DNA of 64,000 bases, from NCBI RefSeq assembly GCF_000150275.1, contig NW_002060943.1, positions 8,645,070 to 8,709,069 on the forward strand. Direction: 5' to 3'. Each line of letters starts with the position of its first letter. Position 1 is the first letter of the stretch. Positions 27,958 to 42,700 of the stretch are shown here, one piece after another. The notes under the pieces are model-generated. The model saw only the letters and a list, made by a program, of their open reading frames with translations. It had not been told where the DNA came from and did not search any database. The DNA comes from Trichoplax adhaerens. Its lineage: Eukaryota; Animalia; Placozoa. The position numbers and the translations under genes were made by a program.

Positions 27958-28195
27958 TTTTTTAAGGTTGATGTTTAAACCAGAATAGAATGAATTTAGC
28001 AGATAGACATCTATTGATAAGCGGTAGGAAAGAGGGCAGATAGGTATAGTAATAAGGTTGGTAAAAATGGACTCTTTGCTTTCGCTGCTTTTTATTAATA
28101 TTCGTCGCCTTACACCGCACCGCGGAACAAGCAATAACGTCTGCTATGTCTTTGGACTGCAAGCGCAAGCAACTATATATATATGTATATAAATT
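27958..28195 (-). promoter_or_regulatory. Candidate promoter and non-coding first exon of the otopetrin-like gene
   Basis: An acceptor (TTAACAG) sits 3 nt before the ATG at 23230, so an upstream exon is likely. Here a TATA-like run (28174-28193) precedes a GC-richer stretch that ends in a strong donor AAA|GTAAGT at 27958/27957. Confidence 0.4.
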
Positions 28196-31100
28196 ATTGA
28201 TAAAGTAAGTAATTCATACAATCTGATCAACAAGTTATTTCATCCAATTGAAATAAAATCTACTTTAAACAAGTGCATAATATCAACATAATTTGTCCCA
28301 CCCTTATGTCAACGATATTGACCTTATAATAGCTAAGGATATTATGATCGAGTGGGGCGTTATTTTCAATTAATCAAATTGTCCGTTAAGATGTTGTTAC
28401 TCGAATGAAGGATGTACAAATCTCTTTGTGAAACAATTGCAGTATTTGCATATGATAGGCATATTTTATAATCAGTGTACCATCGAAACAAAGCGTAGGC
28501 AAGCTGAATCGATAATAAATGCTATTTTCTCCTGTTTTTCCTCAAATGCAATCATTTTCCAACATGTTTGTTTGCATTGTCTTGAGGCAGACAATGTTAT
28601 GACGTGAACTATCGGTACCATCTCTTATTTAATAATGATAATTCCTTTTTTTACCATGAAATGGATCTCCGATAGCTAATTCCGATACGGTAGAATGGTT
28701 GTAACATACAATTTCTTGTCATTGCCGTTTATGGCGGCGTGATGGATCTGCGCATTGTTGCTTTTACATTATAAAAGGAAGATGAAAGTTGGCTTCTGTT
28801 GCAGCACTTTACCAATCTACGAAAGTTTGCGTGATTTTTGGATGAAATTCAGTCTTTAACACTAACCAAGTAGTTTAATATTATAATATGTCTTTTTACT
28901 GCTATTTTAAAACGTTGATGTCATGACGATTGCTTGAAACAGACTTATAGTCATAATTTTCACTTTATTACATATAACTTGGTGATGATCATGTATTTCA
29001 ATGTGCTTCAGATCTATAGAACATCAGCCAGGACTATATTGGCTATGCAGAGTAATAGATTCTTTAAATGCCTACATGCAACCCCTAAAAATTACATTGA
29101 TAAATGTTACCTACAGTAAAAGGTTTATTTTCATTGACTTAATTTGTAAAGATAAGTTTTATCCGGTGATCAAGGAATATTTAATTACTTAGCAATAATC
29201 CCTTGCTTTGTGCAAGAGCGATTTCTATTTTTCTTTAAAATGATAGATACGAGTACATTCAATATTGATTTAGTTTAGATCAAAACAACCAATCAATTAT
29301 TATTTAATGATTATGTACTCATTCTATATTAATTAAATAGATGGAAAGTTACATTAGTATGCCCAATAATTAGGCTATTTTAATGGCAACAGTACTTCTT
29401 TTCAAGATAGACTGTTAACGGTGATTATCATGATTTAACCAGTGATAATTTGACCGCTTAAAATAAATTTCTAATCATTTAATTAACGTTAAGAATAGAG
29501 TCAAAATGCTCCTTATATTTTTAAGCCTTACTTAAATATTCTATTTGCGTCACGAAAGGATGTTGCGGAATAGCTATAAGGTACCCTGCTGCATCTAAAC
29601 AACTATATGAAATTTTATCGAAGGAAATATTGCCTGATATAGATTATAAATTATTATTGGCATCGAGACAATAAGTTAGTCAATAATTTATTCTAAGATA
29701 ACTATTTTAGAAAAAATTTTACAATCCAGTGATCACTGCAGGGTGGCATTTTATGGTGGTGCAAGACATATAGTTCTGCTATCTTACAAGTACATATTTG
29801 CTGAGCGATTAAGTACTATTCGCTTAAAATCATTATACCATTTTTAAGCAGCTTTAATCAGCTTGTCAGAATGGCCAGCATGTGACTATTGATAAATGAA
29901 TATCTTTATCAGGTTTAAGAAACTTCAGGGATTTTTAAAATTCAATTTTAAAATAGTTTGCAGAATTAAATGAAGCTTTTGTAAGGTTAGAATTTTCAAT
30001 TCGATAGACTAAAAACTTTGTCAAGGATGTAAATCACGTCGAAGCTTGCTAGAGGTTGCTTTTTGGTCGAATTAGAATAATCTAACGTTAAATACCTTAT
30101 AGCATAAATGATTCGCTCATCAATGCAGTTGTAGTATAGTTGCATGATTTCAGTTAATTATGCAGGGAAGCGTTAAATATTTGATAGTGTAATAGCTATT
30201 GCTAGTAAAAATAGTCCTATTAGCTGTTGATTGAAGTTGCCGATAGTAGCTACATTGTAAAACGATCTTAGCAATACATTTCGTCCTCACTTTTGCAACA
30301 ATATGCTTACAAAGGCTATTATTTACTGTTCATTGCTTGATAATATTGCACTAGTGACCTTTGAACATTGAACTTCGATCTGTAAACTTAAGTATTAACT
30401 AATCAATTATTGTATCGTTTACGTTAACAAGCACTTAAGTAACGTGCTATGCTAAAACAAGTTGAATTTATGTACATGTTTTCTTTAGTATTATAGTTGA
30501 ACTTGATAAGATTTGACTTGTTTTCCGCTAAATAAAGATATAAATAAAAAGCAGGAAGAATTTTTTTTCAATCTATACAAAATTAAAGCGATACTAGTAA
30601 TGTTAGGCTATACAACTTGGTCTTATGAATACACAGTATGATTTGATGTCTGCATATCATTATAAATGGGAATAATAGGATCAAACACTAAGACAAGATT
30701 GATGATGGTCCTAATAAGCGAAAAAAGGCATTTTGGATTATGGCACTAAAGTTATACTTAGTAAAGAATTTAAGTTACATCTCAATATCATATCATCATT
30801 TAATGCTGGAAATTTACCGGATATATGCAAGTAATTAAGTAGAGTGCAATATCTTTTAACTTCTGTTTTAACGTTCAAATGCTATGCAGCCATAATTGAT
30901 TACTGGCAGTGTAGTGCAACTGAAAGTAATAATACTATCACGCCAGTAGTTGCTGATTTACGGTAGTAAGTTTCAAATAAACCATCGATAGTAGTAAACT
31001 TGCTAAGCTTCTGATAACTATCACGTATGTTTTATTAAAACGCTATTTTTTAAGCCATGATGCACTACAGTTTCTTTGGCAACCTGATTTAAGACATACC

Positions 31101-33132
31101 GTCGTATAACTGACACTTATATTAATTAGATAAACGGACATACCGGTTAATAGCTAATTACTTGAGAAACATGGTGTAAGGTTTTTTATCGTATTACGAT
31201 TTACATAAATTAGATAAATGGCCATCCGACGGGTTAGTATTAACATAATGTAACATTAACTGCTTTCATATATCATCACTGACTTTGTATATATCATAAT
31301 TTGGATGCATTACTAGCAAAGTAGTTTGCTTATTTCTAACAAGACTAATTTAAATACTGGACATTAATACTGTGAGATAGCTAGCATTCATCATTTCCTA
31401 GCGATTAAAGGAGCATCAGTAGGACTTAAAGCACTATCGGCTTACTACGATAATCGAAATAAAATTAGTTTATACCCTGGTCGCTGACTACTATGATTGG
31501 AGTAAATTAGCTTTACATGCTGTACTATATATCTATTTTACTCGCTATTTCTAGCATTTTAAATAACATGCTGATATCAGAGTTCTTACATTAATTTTTT
31601 AATTTTTTAATATAATAAAGTAAATTAGATCACGATACCTAGCGTGGGTACGACTTGGGCTACGATTTTAGAATTAGTCTTACGAGTAGATCTGTCCTTG
31701 TGTGCTGTAAAGCATACTACAACGACTTCGCTGATATTTATCCATAAATCATAACTACGGCTTACTTAGTCCAGAAGTATCAGTCTAAACAGTGAAAGTT
31801 GTAATTGAAAATTTGTTAAAGTAAAATGATTTACAGTATATACTCATAAAATAAAGAATTTACTGATATTTACCCACCGATAATGAGTTATGCTTAGGTT
31901 GAAAGTTGCTTAGGCTATGTATGTTGAAGGAATTACAAAATGTGAGTTAAAATTTTCCAACTTGATAATGTAAAGTAAAAGGCACTTATTGAATAGGGTT
32001 GAATTATTTAGATATTCCATCTACTCTCTCATAGATGAAAATCGTGCACCAATGGCGTTGATGGTGACTACATCACATGAAAACCTTGTAATATTTCAAG
32101 TCTATGTTGTCGAGGTCATTTTATATAATTACACTTACTTAATATTATGGTTCTGAAAATTTACTATGTAATGGTAGCAAAAAGAGTAACTACTTCCTAA
32201 TACATAGTTTTTTGATTCAATCTAGTCACATGAAATAAAATTACTTATTCAGTAACTGAGTGAATCCTACTGTCTATTAAATTGGAAATATCTGCTTCTA
32301 TTTTTGATTTTCTTTCATAACATATCTCCAGCATACGGTTAGCAAAGCATTCGAGTACCAGTAAGAAAGCAGTACTAAATTAGGGATAATTATAGCTTCC
32401 GAAATCAGTAAAATATATATATGAACGTGACCGTATGCGAAGTCGGTCATTTTGCAAACATCACAGAAAATCAACCGTATAGAATGATTGATATTGATAA
32501 TTATACATTAACAATTTTAATCATATATTCAATGTAGGACTTTAACTATTCAAGCCGATTGCCTGTACTGATGATCGATATACAGTATAGGAGTTAGAAA
32601 CAAGCCTATAATTGTATAGTCTGAAATTATTTCTGTAGTAATATATTTAATATACTTGCTATAGGGTAGAGAATGCCTTCGTATATAAACTTTGATTACC
32701 TTATACAACGTAAATACTGAAGTCTTAATTGCTTAAATTATTCGTTACTCTACAACATGAGTAAGTGCGAAATACAATGGATGCTCTAGCAGCAAAATTT
32801 CAAAACATATACCAAAAAGCTGCCTAAGGAATAAATTATTGTAATTAAACCTTTCTAGCTCGAGTGTTACTGTATACTTAGATCAGTTTTAGGGCTGAGA
32901 TCATTACTACGCAAACGTACATGATGTATGCTATACGCATTCGTGATTTATTTAGATATCCAAGATATTGATTTAAAGAAAAGTGGACGAAACATTTATA
33001 CCAATTCTTGTCACAAACACTGTAGCTTTAACGGATTGACAAATTTTTCCAAAATAAGTTACGTAGAACTTTATTACATTACATTAAAAATTAAAAAAAT
33101 CGTAAATAATAGCAGTAGCAATTACTCCTGTT

Positions 33133-33653
33133 TGCGACACAAGAAAACAACACAGTACTTATCATAAATTTTACTTTAATCCGCAGATCTACTTCCCTAG
33201 CCTATGGTATTGTTGCTGGAATCCTTACGAAGCACTAACTCGCTCAACACAATAAACGATATAAAGCTATCACACAACTTAGCCTTAACCTGGATCACTT
33301 TTTATAGATCACAGTCCTTCTTATACACTCTTTCGGTACTTACAAGCATATTTATTATACTACTAACATATTTCAATAACAAACATGTTATTACGATTAA
33401 ATTATCAAATACGGGCATTCGAGGTAATAAACAATTTCATACGTAAATCTGTTTCGACTGTAAGAACTGTAAGCTCCTATCTTCTCGATGGATACTTGTA
33501 ACATATTACTATATCATCATAATATCATAATAACTTAGATTATTACTAACAATAACAATTCCTAAAGTAGTAGCTCATACTTCTAAAAAGTTCAAAACAA
33601 AATGTAATCATAAACTACACTTCCATATCTAAGTTATTTTGATGACTGTGACA
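33133..33653. mobile_element. ~520 bp dispersed repeat, copy 1 (TG...CA ends; solo-LTR-like or non-autonomous element)
   Basis: Colinear with and highly similar to 51606-52127 from TGCGACAC to TGTGACA; the flanks are unrelated. No coding capacity and no clear target-site duplication. Confidence 0.7.
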
Positions 33654-36600
33654 AGCAAGTATAAGCCATACGATCAGATTTATTCATTTTCACCAAGTAC
33701 GCCATTTTAAAATATAAACCGAAGGGATATAGATAGTTAGATACTGCATCGCAATCACTGTCATTCCAATATAGCCGTTGAGGGATCTGACAGCGCAATA
33801 TTTCCTGGATTCGATATTAAAAATTACATAATATTGCACTTTTCCATTCAAGATGAAGAGTATCGAAGCAACTTCATGGAATAGTTAGATACGTTCGATC
33901 TGTACTAGAATTGTAATTTATGATCACTATAACCGTTTTAGATTCTGTACATTCCCTGTATAATGATAGATATATAGCATTATAACGACTTATAGATAAA
34001 TTACTTTAAAAGTAAATATTCATCGTTGTTATAGTGTTCCGAAGCTATAAAATTGATATCAACCACCACTTTAAAATGAGCTTTATATCTGCACATAATG
34101 TAATACTGCGACTAGCTGTCTAGCTATCGAAACTGTTTATTATTTATGACATTTTTCTTTAATAATATTTGTTCTGCCTAAACATTGATCTTTTACGTTA
34201 TCTTAATTAATGGAAATAAACAAGTTATTATTTCTAGTCTCGATGCGTTTTTAATGGTATCAGTGATCGTTATTGCATTGTAAATAGATTCGTAACCATA
34301 AAGCAAATTTCATTATCAGCTCTATCATCAAAAGTTAATGTACTATTATATATTAGTTGAGTACCATACAGCAATAATATAATGAGCAGAGATGTAGCTG
34401 AATTTGCTAGAATAAGGTTGATTAAGCTTTATTATGGAGTAATTTGCCCTAACGAAGATAACAGCTTTCACGTATTGGATAGATTGAAATAAATCCGTAG
34501 GTTATATCTCTTAATTAATCAGTTCATTATCATAATTGCGATACTAGCCACCTTCAGCGCAATGTGATACCTAAATAATGATAGTAGCAAAAGAATAATT
34601 CATTTATTATATATTATAATTGCAATTGATTGTAAGAATTCATCAAATTTAATGTATTTGATTACATTATTTTTTAATTATCGCGATTTTATCTCAGAAA
34701 ATATTAATTAGAGGCGTACGTCATAGTCTGCCGATGTAACTTTGGGTATTATTGCGAAACGGATAATAGACAATGATGGTCCCCGGATGATATCGCACAG
34801 ATATGATTATAACCACAATTATGTATACATTTTACTCCTAAGAAGTGTTCAGAGCTGATTATTACAAGGATTATATATTTATATGTGCTTCATATCCTGG
34901 AATCTAGCTCAATCGTTAAAATAATGCCTATTTCATGGAATAAGACATTATTTAAATTCGTTTGTATGAGAACCATGATATTACTATTAAATGAGATTCA
35001 GATTAGAAAAGGTTAGGATTAAAATCCGTCATGGTTTGTAACAGATTAAATAATTTAATATGATGATATTTAACAAGAAAATTATTCATCATTTCATCAA
35101 TAGTCATGATCATAAATTACAAGCCATACTAATTCTATTTGATTAATATATCGCTTACATTGAAAGAGAAATAGTAGCAGTTTCTGTACGAAGTTAATAT
35201 AATATTAAAATCGATTATTAATTATAGATTTACCTGTAAGTAGTGCAAATTTTATCCTCATAATTGCTGATCAATATCGCTCATGTGTATACCTGTTCAA
35301 TCATTAATGTGGAAATTTTCCATTTAATCAATCTAAATGTAGGCATGCAATGAGATAATTACTTTAAAGTCCTTAGGTAATTCCTATGCCATTACATTTT
35401 CTCATGTAGACTTTTTTAGTCAAGATATCAACTTTCTTGACGTCATTAAAATATCGAAAGGAAGGAACGCTATCAACAATTGTTGAAAGACTGTTTAAAT
35501 TCTAAATTGTCTCCGTACGAAGAAAATCAATAAATATCATGAAAGCATAATAGTTAGATAAATAAAGATATAAAATTACATCAATAGGTTTAGCTACCGG
35601 TATTAAATGATATAACAATAATAATTCATCTAATGGAAGAATTAAAATAATAAGGAAATTTTAGATTATAGTAAAAAACAAAAGTATTTATCATCAAGTA
35701 GATTGTTTATTATTAACGATTAAGATTTTAAAGACAAAGGAAGCTGAGAAATATGTGACAAAATTATCGCTTCATTTCTTTCTGTTCTATATGGCGATAA
35801 ATTCCTTTAACCTGGCAGCAGAATACTGTTGCCATGCAATATGTATATGCGGGTAAATATACAGAATCTATGTACAGCATTTATAAGCCTCTCTATTTCC
35901 TTCCTGATATAGTAAATTGATTCAAGCCATGCATAGTCGAAGCACCATTTTTATATAGTTCTTTTTGCTAAATATTTTTGTATAAGTTGGATTTTAACAT
36001 TAACGAAGAAATATAGAGCTGTGTATTAACTTGTCATCCATATTGGATTTATATCATGGATATAAAAAGAAAATTCAGATATTATTACACTACGCTAAAT
36101 TACTACTTTTGAGGATAGATTGGATAGCTTTAATGATAGATAGTAAAATTTCTGAAGAGAGTATTTAATTCAAATATATAATATGGTGTTTTATAAAATT
36201 CTTTGTATGTTAAAATTTTAAAGTTGAAATGTTGCTTACTGCCTTAGAATACCAAGGAATATTAGTTAAGTTAAGGCGGGATTATCCTAATGATAATCTG
36301 TGAAGGTTAAACCTTTTTCTTGCTATAAAATCACGTAAGATCATTTTTAAGCTGACATTTCAAGTTTTCATTTTTTTATTAAGAAAGGTAATGACGCTTG
36401 AATATTTAGTTATTATAAAAGTTTAATTATAACAGCTTCTGTACATTTTCGAAATAAAAAGCTGCTAGTGCTAGGATACGGTTGTCAAATCGAACTGCAA
36501 GAAAAATAGGTCCCTTCATATCCTTTCTGTAGTATTATAATTGGAGTTATGTCATAGTTTAAATATTATTTTTATTATCACGAAATGAAAACAAATTGTA

Positions 36601-37739
36601 CTGTTTCATTAGTATCAGATTAAAATCACAGCAGGAAAGTACGAGACCAATAACCAGCAGCCATATGTGAACCTGATGCAATGATTACCGATACGGTACA
36701 TCCATCAGTGGTATTTCTATGTAATAATTAGACGTGTTTATTTTTCACCTTACCCCTTCAATTCATTGTAGATGGTACGAAATGATCGGACTACATTATA
36801 ACTTATTAAATAAAATAGTACTTACTTACATCTTTTATTGAGATTTTAATTAATGATATCAATAGCGAAAAAGGAAAAGGAAGCAACAAAAAGTAATTGT
36901 TCCGCTAGCGTACTATTCCTTTTTACTGAAATCATCCTTATAATTGTTAGCAAAAGATTTCAATTTTCTTACGTCTTTGTTTGGTAGCGCATTGACATTA
37001 AACGGAAATTTAAGTCACGTTGCAAATTTTCGAATAAAATACAATTATTATTAATATTTTACAGAAGCAAACAGTTTACAGTAATTCAAGGGTCTATTGT
37101 AGACAATTACTGTAAGAATGTACAGTATTTGTAGCATAGATATAATAGCTGTGTCAGAATGATGAAATTTGGTCTAATTAGTCATGAATAACATAATGAA
37201 TCGCGATTAATAACAGTATAACGTTAACCGCTTTAAAAATGAGGTCATAAATTTGAACTTTTATGAAGATATCTATTTGACTTGTTTATATTATTATTTA
37301 AGTGTTGATTTTGAATATAAAAATTTCTCTCGAACTATAGCCGTCTACCAATCAACATGATGCTAATCTGTGTCGGCCATTATGAATAAGTAGATTCTTT
37401 CCAATCAAAAATAGTAGAGCAATATAAAAAGTATTCGATATAGAACTACGTCAACATCAATTGTTAACTGTTGACTAATTTTTTTTTACACGTATAGCCG
37501 TAGGAATTTGTTGCCATTTTAACTTGGTAAGTAAAATGTAGTGGATGATGCAGGAAGAATTTCAGGTCCATTTTATGCAATAAAAACTGGAATATTCAAG
37601 AAGAGTATTAATAATACAGTCTTGCCTCCTTCCTACTAATTATAATAGTTGCCATTGACGAAGACAAGACGTGCTATAGGCGTCTAGATGGTGTCGTGGG
37701 TGCTAAACAAAATCGCGTTGCGAAATAGCACTACTGCAA

Positions 37740-37950
37740 CACCACAATGTGTTCAACAGGATTTGTTGTCTGCCAATTTCTAGCTACATTTCGAGTTCGT
37801 CTATGAATTTATAGCTCAAAGGGTTGATTCATATCGATGACGGACACCACAATAACGTCAACGCGATTTGTTGTCTGTCAATTTGGAGTTCAATTTGGAG
37901 TTCATGGATGAACTTGTAAGTCAAGGAATGGCTCAAATAGATGACGGTTG
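37740..37950. repeat. Degenerate direct duplication, 2 x ~105 bp
   Basis: ACCACAAT...GATTTGTTGTCTG(C/T)CAATTT...GAGTTC...GATGACGG occurs twice in tandem. Confidence 0.7.
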
Positions 37951-38779
37951 GAGTTCCGTTACTTTTGTTCGTTATATCAACAATGTTAGTAGCGTAGGTG
38001 ATATGCTAATGACCACAAAAGAGAAAATACGTTGATATAATGGTTGATTTTGGTATTAAAATTGAATTCTTCTGATTGACGTCTACTAATTATAATCAAC
38101 AGTCAAGTGGATGTTGTATTTATCTATTATATTTCAAAATCAACGGTGATTCAAAATTGAGTATTGAAAATGGAAGGAAGGAAAAAATAAAAAATTAGTC
38201 TAGCTTGCCACTAACTATAGACATCGTCTTGAAAATTTAGTTATTTTATTATTGATTTGCTGTTTGGTTACTGTTGGATACGATGATGAACAAAGGGGGA
38301 AAAAAATAATAATCATCATAATAAAAGAAAAAATAGAGATTCGTTTGAATTCACGAAATCGGTGATGTTCCTTTGCTTATTGAAATGAAATTACTTTTAA
38401 TGAATGACTGATTTTCAAATTGACTGACTGTTTGAATTGAGGGATAAAATTAATTGATATTCTTATCCCATTGAGTAGATGATCAAAGTAGCGTTTCAGT
38501 ATAGTGTTGATATTATGATTATTCACTTAATCATCAAGTTGATGTGGTAACAACTCGACTGATGATTGGAAAGTGTTAAACTACTTGTTTGCTACTTTAG
38601 CGTGTGCTTGCAAAAGGTAGCTCATTTCAATAGGACACTATTTGGGGTAGAATGGAGTGATTGTTCAACATTGGCAAAAGGTAAGAGAAAAAAAATACTA
38701 AAGCGATACAAGCCATGCATTATTACGGATATCCTAGTGGATTTTTCCTCACTGTAAAATGAATTTTGACACTTGTCCA

Positions 38780-39200
38780 TGGTTGTCACTGAAATGGTCG
38801 TCTCATAGCGACCCCCTACTGTTTTCAACCGCTGCTTCATTGCACCCCTCGACGCTTTGGTCGACCATGCTTGGTCTACTCACTCTACTGTAATCAAAAC
38901 TAAAAGTAAATATGGCGTGTGACGCATGCCCGTGGTTAGAATAGAAAGCCAACCTTCTAGGCAATTCCATTGAGCTTGATTGGTGGATGATTGTTGTGTC
39001 GCTCCACCTATCAACTCGCCTTATTTACTATCTTCAACTGCTATATTACGCCAAGTGTCACGTGCTATTCAAACTAGACTCTCATTAATTGGTCAATTAG
39101 ATGAAGAATCAGCGTAAATAATTAACTGCCAATCATTGTTCTTGTCATTACTCTTGTCGCGTGCCTTCATAACGGCTTGCAGTTTTATAGTCTAATGCCG
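38780..39200 (+). promoter_or_regulatory. Probable promoter region of the E-protein gene
   Basis: Locally GC/CpG-richer island 0.6-1 kb upstream of the first coding exon, with CCAAT/ATTGG boxes, TGACGC and GTCACGTG (about 39057) motifs. Confidence 0.45.
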
Positions 39201-39798
39201 TAACAAAAGATTTGAAAAAAAAATTTTTTTTTAAACTAAAAGGACGTAGCTAGAATCAGTCCAAGTCTGTCCGATTCGGTTGTGATTCTTTCTGACTCAA
39301 TTAATTACCCAACAGCAAGAACGCTTTTTGAACTAGAAGGTGATACATTGTAATTGAATTGTAGATTTTTTTCCCCTATCGACATTGATAGGGCCTAAAC
39401 TAAGTCATCTTGCTGTAAATGAACTCCGTTGATTTTTCTTTTTAACGCTTCTCTTTTCCGAATAACGTGTACAATATTATATTTATTTATTTCGTTGGAG
39501 AATAGTTGTGAAATTGATCATCGTCACCGTTTGCTTGGAAGTAACTTATCGATTAATTCCTGATATTATGATTATTATTAATTAAATATATATATACGGT
39601 ATAGAGGTGTCGAGATAGAGCTATACTTTTTTCCTGGTAATTTATACAGTATATCTATCTATCTGGTGAAAGTTCTACTGTGCTGCCGACGATAGCGTTA
39701 TTTATTTATTATTATTATTGTATTTTTATATTATTGCCATCGTGTTATCTCAAAACGTCACTTGAATGGTGCGATTCAAGTTGGAAGTTGACTACAGC

Positions 39799-42700
39799 AT
39801 GTCGCGTCAAGAGGCGTCTGCAGATTGGCTTCACTGGGATCATCATTCCACTCCTGGGTGAGTAATTTAGTCATCACAACTTATTTATACAATTTACTTG
39901 ATTCGATCGACATGATTAAGACCGCACAGGCAATGACTTTACAAGGACGTTATACTCTAGTTGAAAGGTTACTTTTCCAAATCACTGATGCTTCATCAGC
40001 GTCATATTAGTGTTGCTTGATGACGATAACTGTAATCTATATGCGATTACTAGCGTAGTCTTTATGGTGGTTGAGTATGTATCTAACAAATATAATAAAA
40101 GTAAAACTTGGCAACAACTTGACCTGCGTTTTATACATTAGTTGGAAATAAAAATAAGAAGAATGTTTACTGTCTATTATCTCTTACTTTCTTTCTATTT
40201 TATTTTACGTCGTTTTTTTTTGGTGGGGGACTGAAACGATAGCTAAGATGATGAAAACTAAAATAACAAATTGACGAAATAACATCGCATCTAGATAAAG
40301 CGTCTTGCTATCGTAATACAGTACGATGTAGTGTGGGAAATATGCGTTGATGATAATTCATTCAAACACTACAAATTGATCGGATCCAGTTAGACTCTGT
40401 GTCGACGGCAATCAATTTTATAATTTGTTACTAGTTAACAAATTTGCTAACTTAATATCGTCGATTCGCGTAGATTTTACCTTCCATTTTTACGTAATCG
40501 ATAACATCATGGCCAATTCCGTCTAATATTGCCATTAGAATACGCTACAGCATTTAAATGATTGCTTTGCAATCGATAACATTGTGCTCTACTGGGTGCC
40601 TTTGAAAATGAAATTGTGTACCTGTAGTGCTTGATGTGACAGTTTTGATTATTTCGTTCCAAGTCATCATACTCTTCCTTTCTATCACTTTGTTGAATAA
40701 TATAATCAAACGATCGAACCACTTGTATACCGTTACCAAATCATATAGTCATTTCTGTATGATATACGTATACTAAACTTGAATTCGTACAGCTAGCGCG
40801 TCAGTGAGCTAATTCAGGAAAAATTACCCAAGTCTTTTGCTAAAACATGAAGATTTCAATTTTGTATTAGGCCAAATCAGAGCATTTAATGAATGCCGAA
40901 GAAAAGTGATACGCGAAATTCAGTAATAATAACAAACATTATGTACTGTAATGTACTGTATGTTCATATACAGTATTCTATACTGTACACTAGTGTACAG
41001 TATAGTACAACAGATAGTGGTGATCCCATGGCGGAATACTATTTCGATTGATAAACGCAAATCCAGTTTATGAGCTTGCTGCTTGATTATGAAGAGTAAA
41101 TTAAATCATTAACTATTGTACTGCATAGATCATGGCGACGAGATATACTCATATTTTGTTATTATCTCGTGGTACTTTTGAATTTATGCATGAGTGCAAT
41201 GATTGGTCACGATTACACTGCTATCGAATTTAAGTTGCTAATAAAGTCGCTCTAAGACATGTTATTAAAATAACATTTCTTTCCAATCGCTTTTGGTTGA
41301 TAGAACTACTGATTTACTACGTTCCCGAGAGACATTCCATGATCAACATCGCATGGTTATGAATGGTGAAAAGGATTCAAGTTCCTATTTTGAAATAGGA
41401 GAGGTATGGTTAGCTGTATTTACAACAGTAATTGATAAAATTTATACCTGTCATAGCCAATCGTCACGATTACTGCTATTATAGCGTTAAGATCGTATAT
41501 TGTAAAAATTCAATTATTCGTTTATTAGTAGTATACTTAACTTTGGAATATTAAAGCGAGTTTTACATCACGAAGTAGCTACAACCACTAGCACGACTAA
41601 TGTTAGTCTGCGATGAAAGTTCGTATTCTATACAGTACAGTAAACCGTAAACATGTAGTGTTATGAGTGAATTCCATTGCGAACATCCGAGAAGTACAAT
41701 ACATCTACTATGTGCTTACGTCAAGATGGTTGCCATCAAGTGCAGATGAATAAACTATGTTGTTGTACAAATAGAAGTAAAAATTATATGATAATATTAT
41801 TAATTAATTTGAATGCATTGGCATCCTTGCTTACAGTATTGAACAGGAAATTATGATTACGTTGTAACTTTATCGTAAGACTCTCCTAGCTGCAACGCCA
41901 TCATTCACCTAAAAAAATAGGGAATAAAATGAATATCATTTTCGCTTCATTATGATTCAATTCATCAGAATAACAACATGATAGCACAATTACATTTTAT
42001 AATAATTTGTACGCAACTGCAGGGTCCCAGTGGAAATATCAATTATTGTAGTATTAACATCCGAGATATTTATAATAATAAATATCATATTGCTAAAGAC
42101 TGAGGCCGTAATTTTTTGTTGTTACAGTTAAATATTATTCTATTTATTATAATCTTATCCAATGCCCATGCACATTTTCACGCGTGTTTACGACGATATT
42201 TTACTTATTTCGCTAATTAACCTACTGTAGACTCGGCGTACAGGGTGTTAAGATTTAGAAATCACTACTAATTTATTTCCGCCTATGCATTCAAAGTAGG
42301 AATGATCAACGTATAAGATTGTTACTTTAGTTTATCGCCTTGCAGTTTCTTGTTATGACATTCAAAAATTTTTTGCAAATACAGTTGTTGGACCGTATAT
42401 AATGTAAATTTATTGATTTAATTTGGAATTATTGCAATTTCTTGATCTGTGTGTAAGTGAAATCTTAACTATCGTCGCCCATAACAAAATCGTATTATAT
42501 CATTTATAGATGTTTCCTGAATCATCTAATAACGTCAGTAATCAGAAAACAGGTAAGCAAGTGGATATGAAATATTCGATGTACAAATAGCTATTGATTT
42601 TGTATGTATCGTCAAGTCTTTGCTATAAATTACTATAGTGTTGTAATAGGTGAAATAAGACTTGAAAGAAATTGTAATTCGTGTTTTAACGGTTTTCCTT

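Noticed and set aside
32928-33446. ORFs of 79 and 80 aa as a possible transposase
   Set aside because: No catalytic motifs, and the ATG of the second is ACG in the sister copy at about 51678.
38805-38825. CTCF-like motif ACAGTAGGGGGTCGC (minus strand)
   Set aside because: Imperfect single match, and CTCF is considered bilaterian-specific whereas this DNA appears non-bilaterian.
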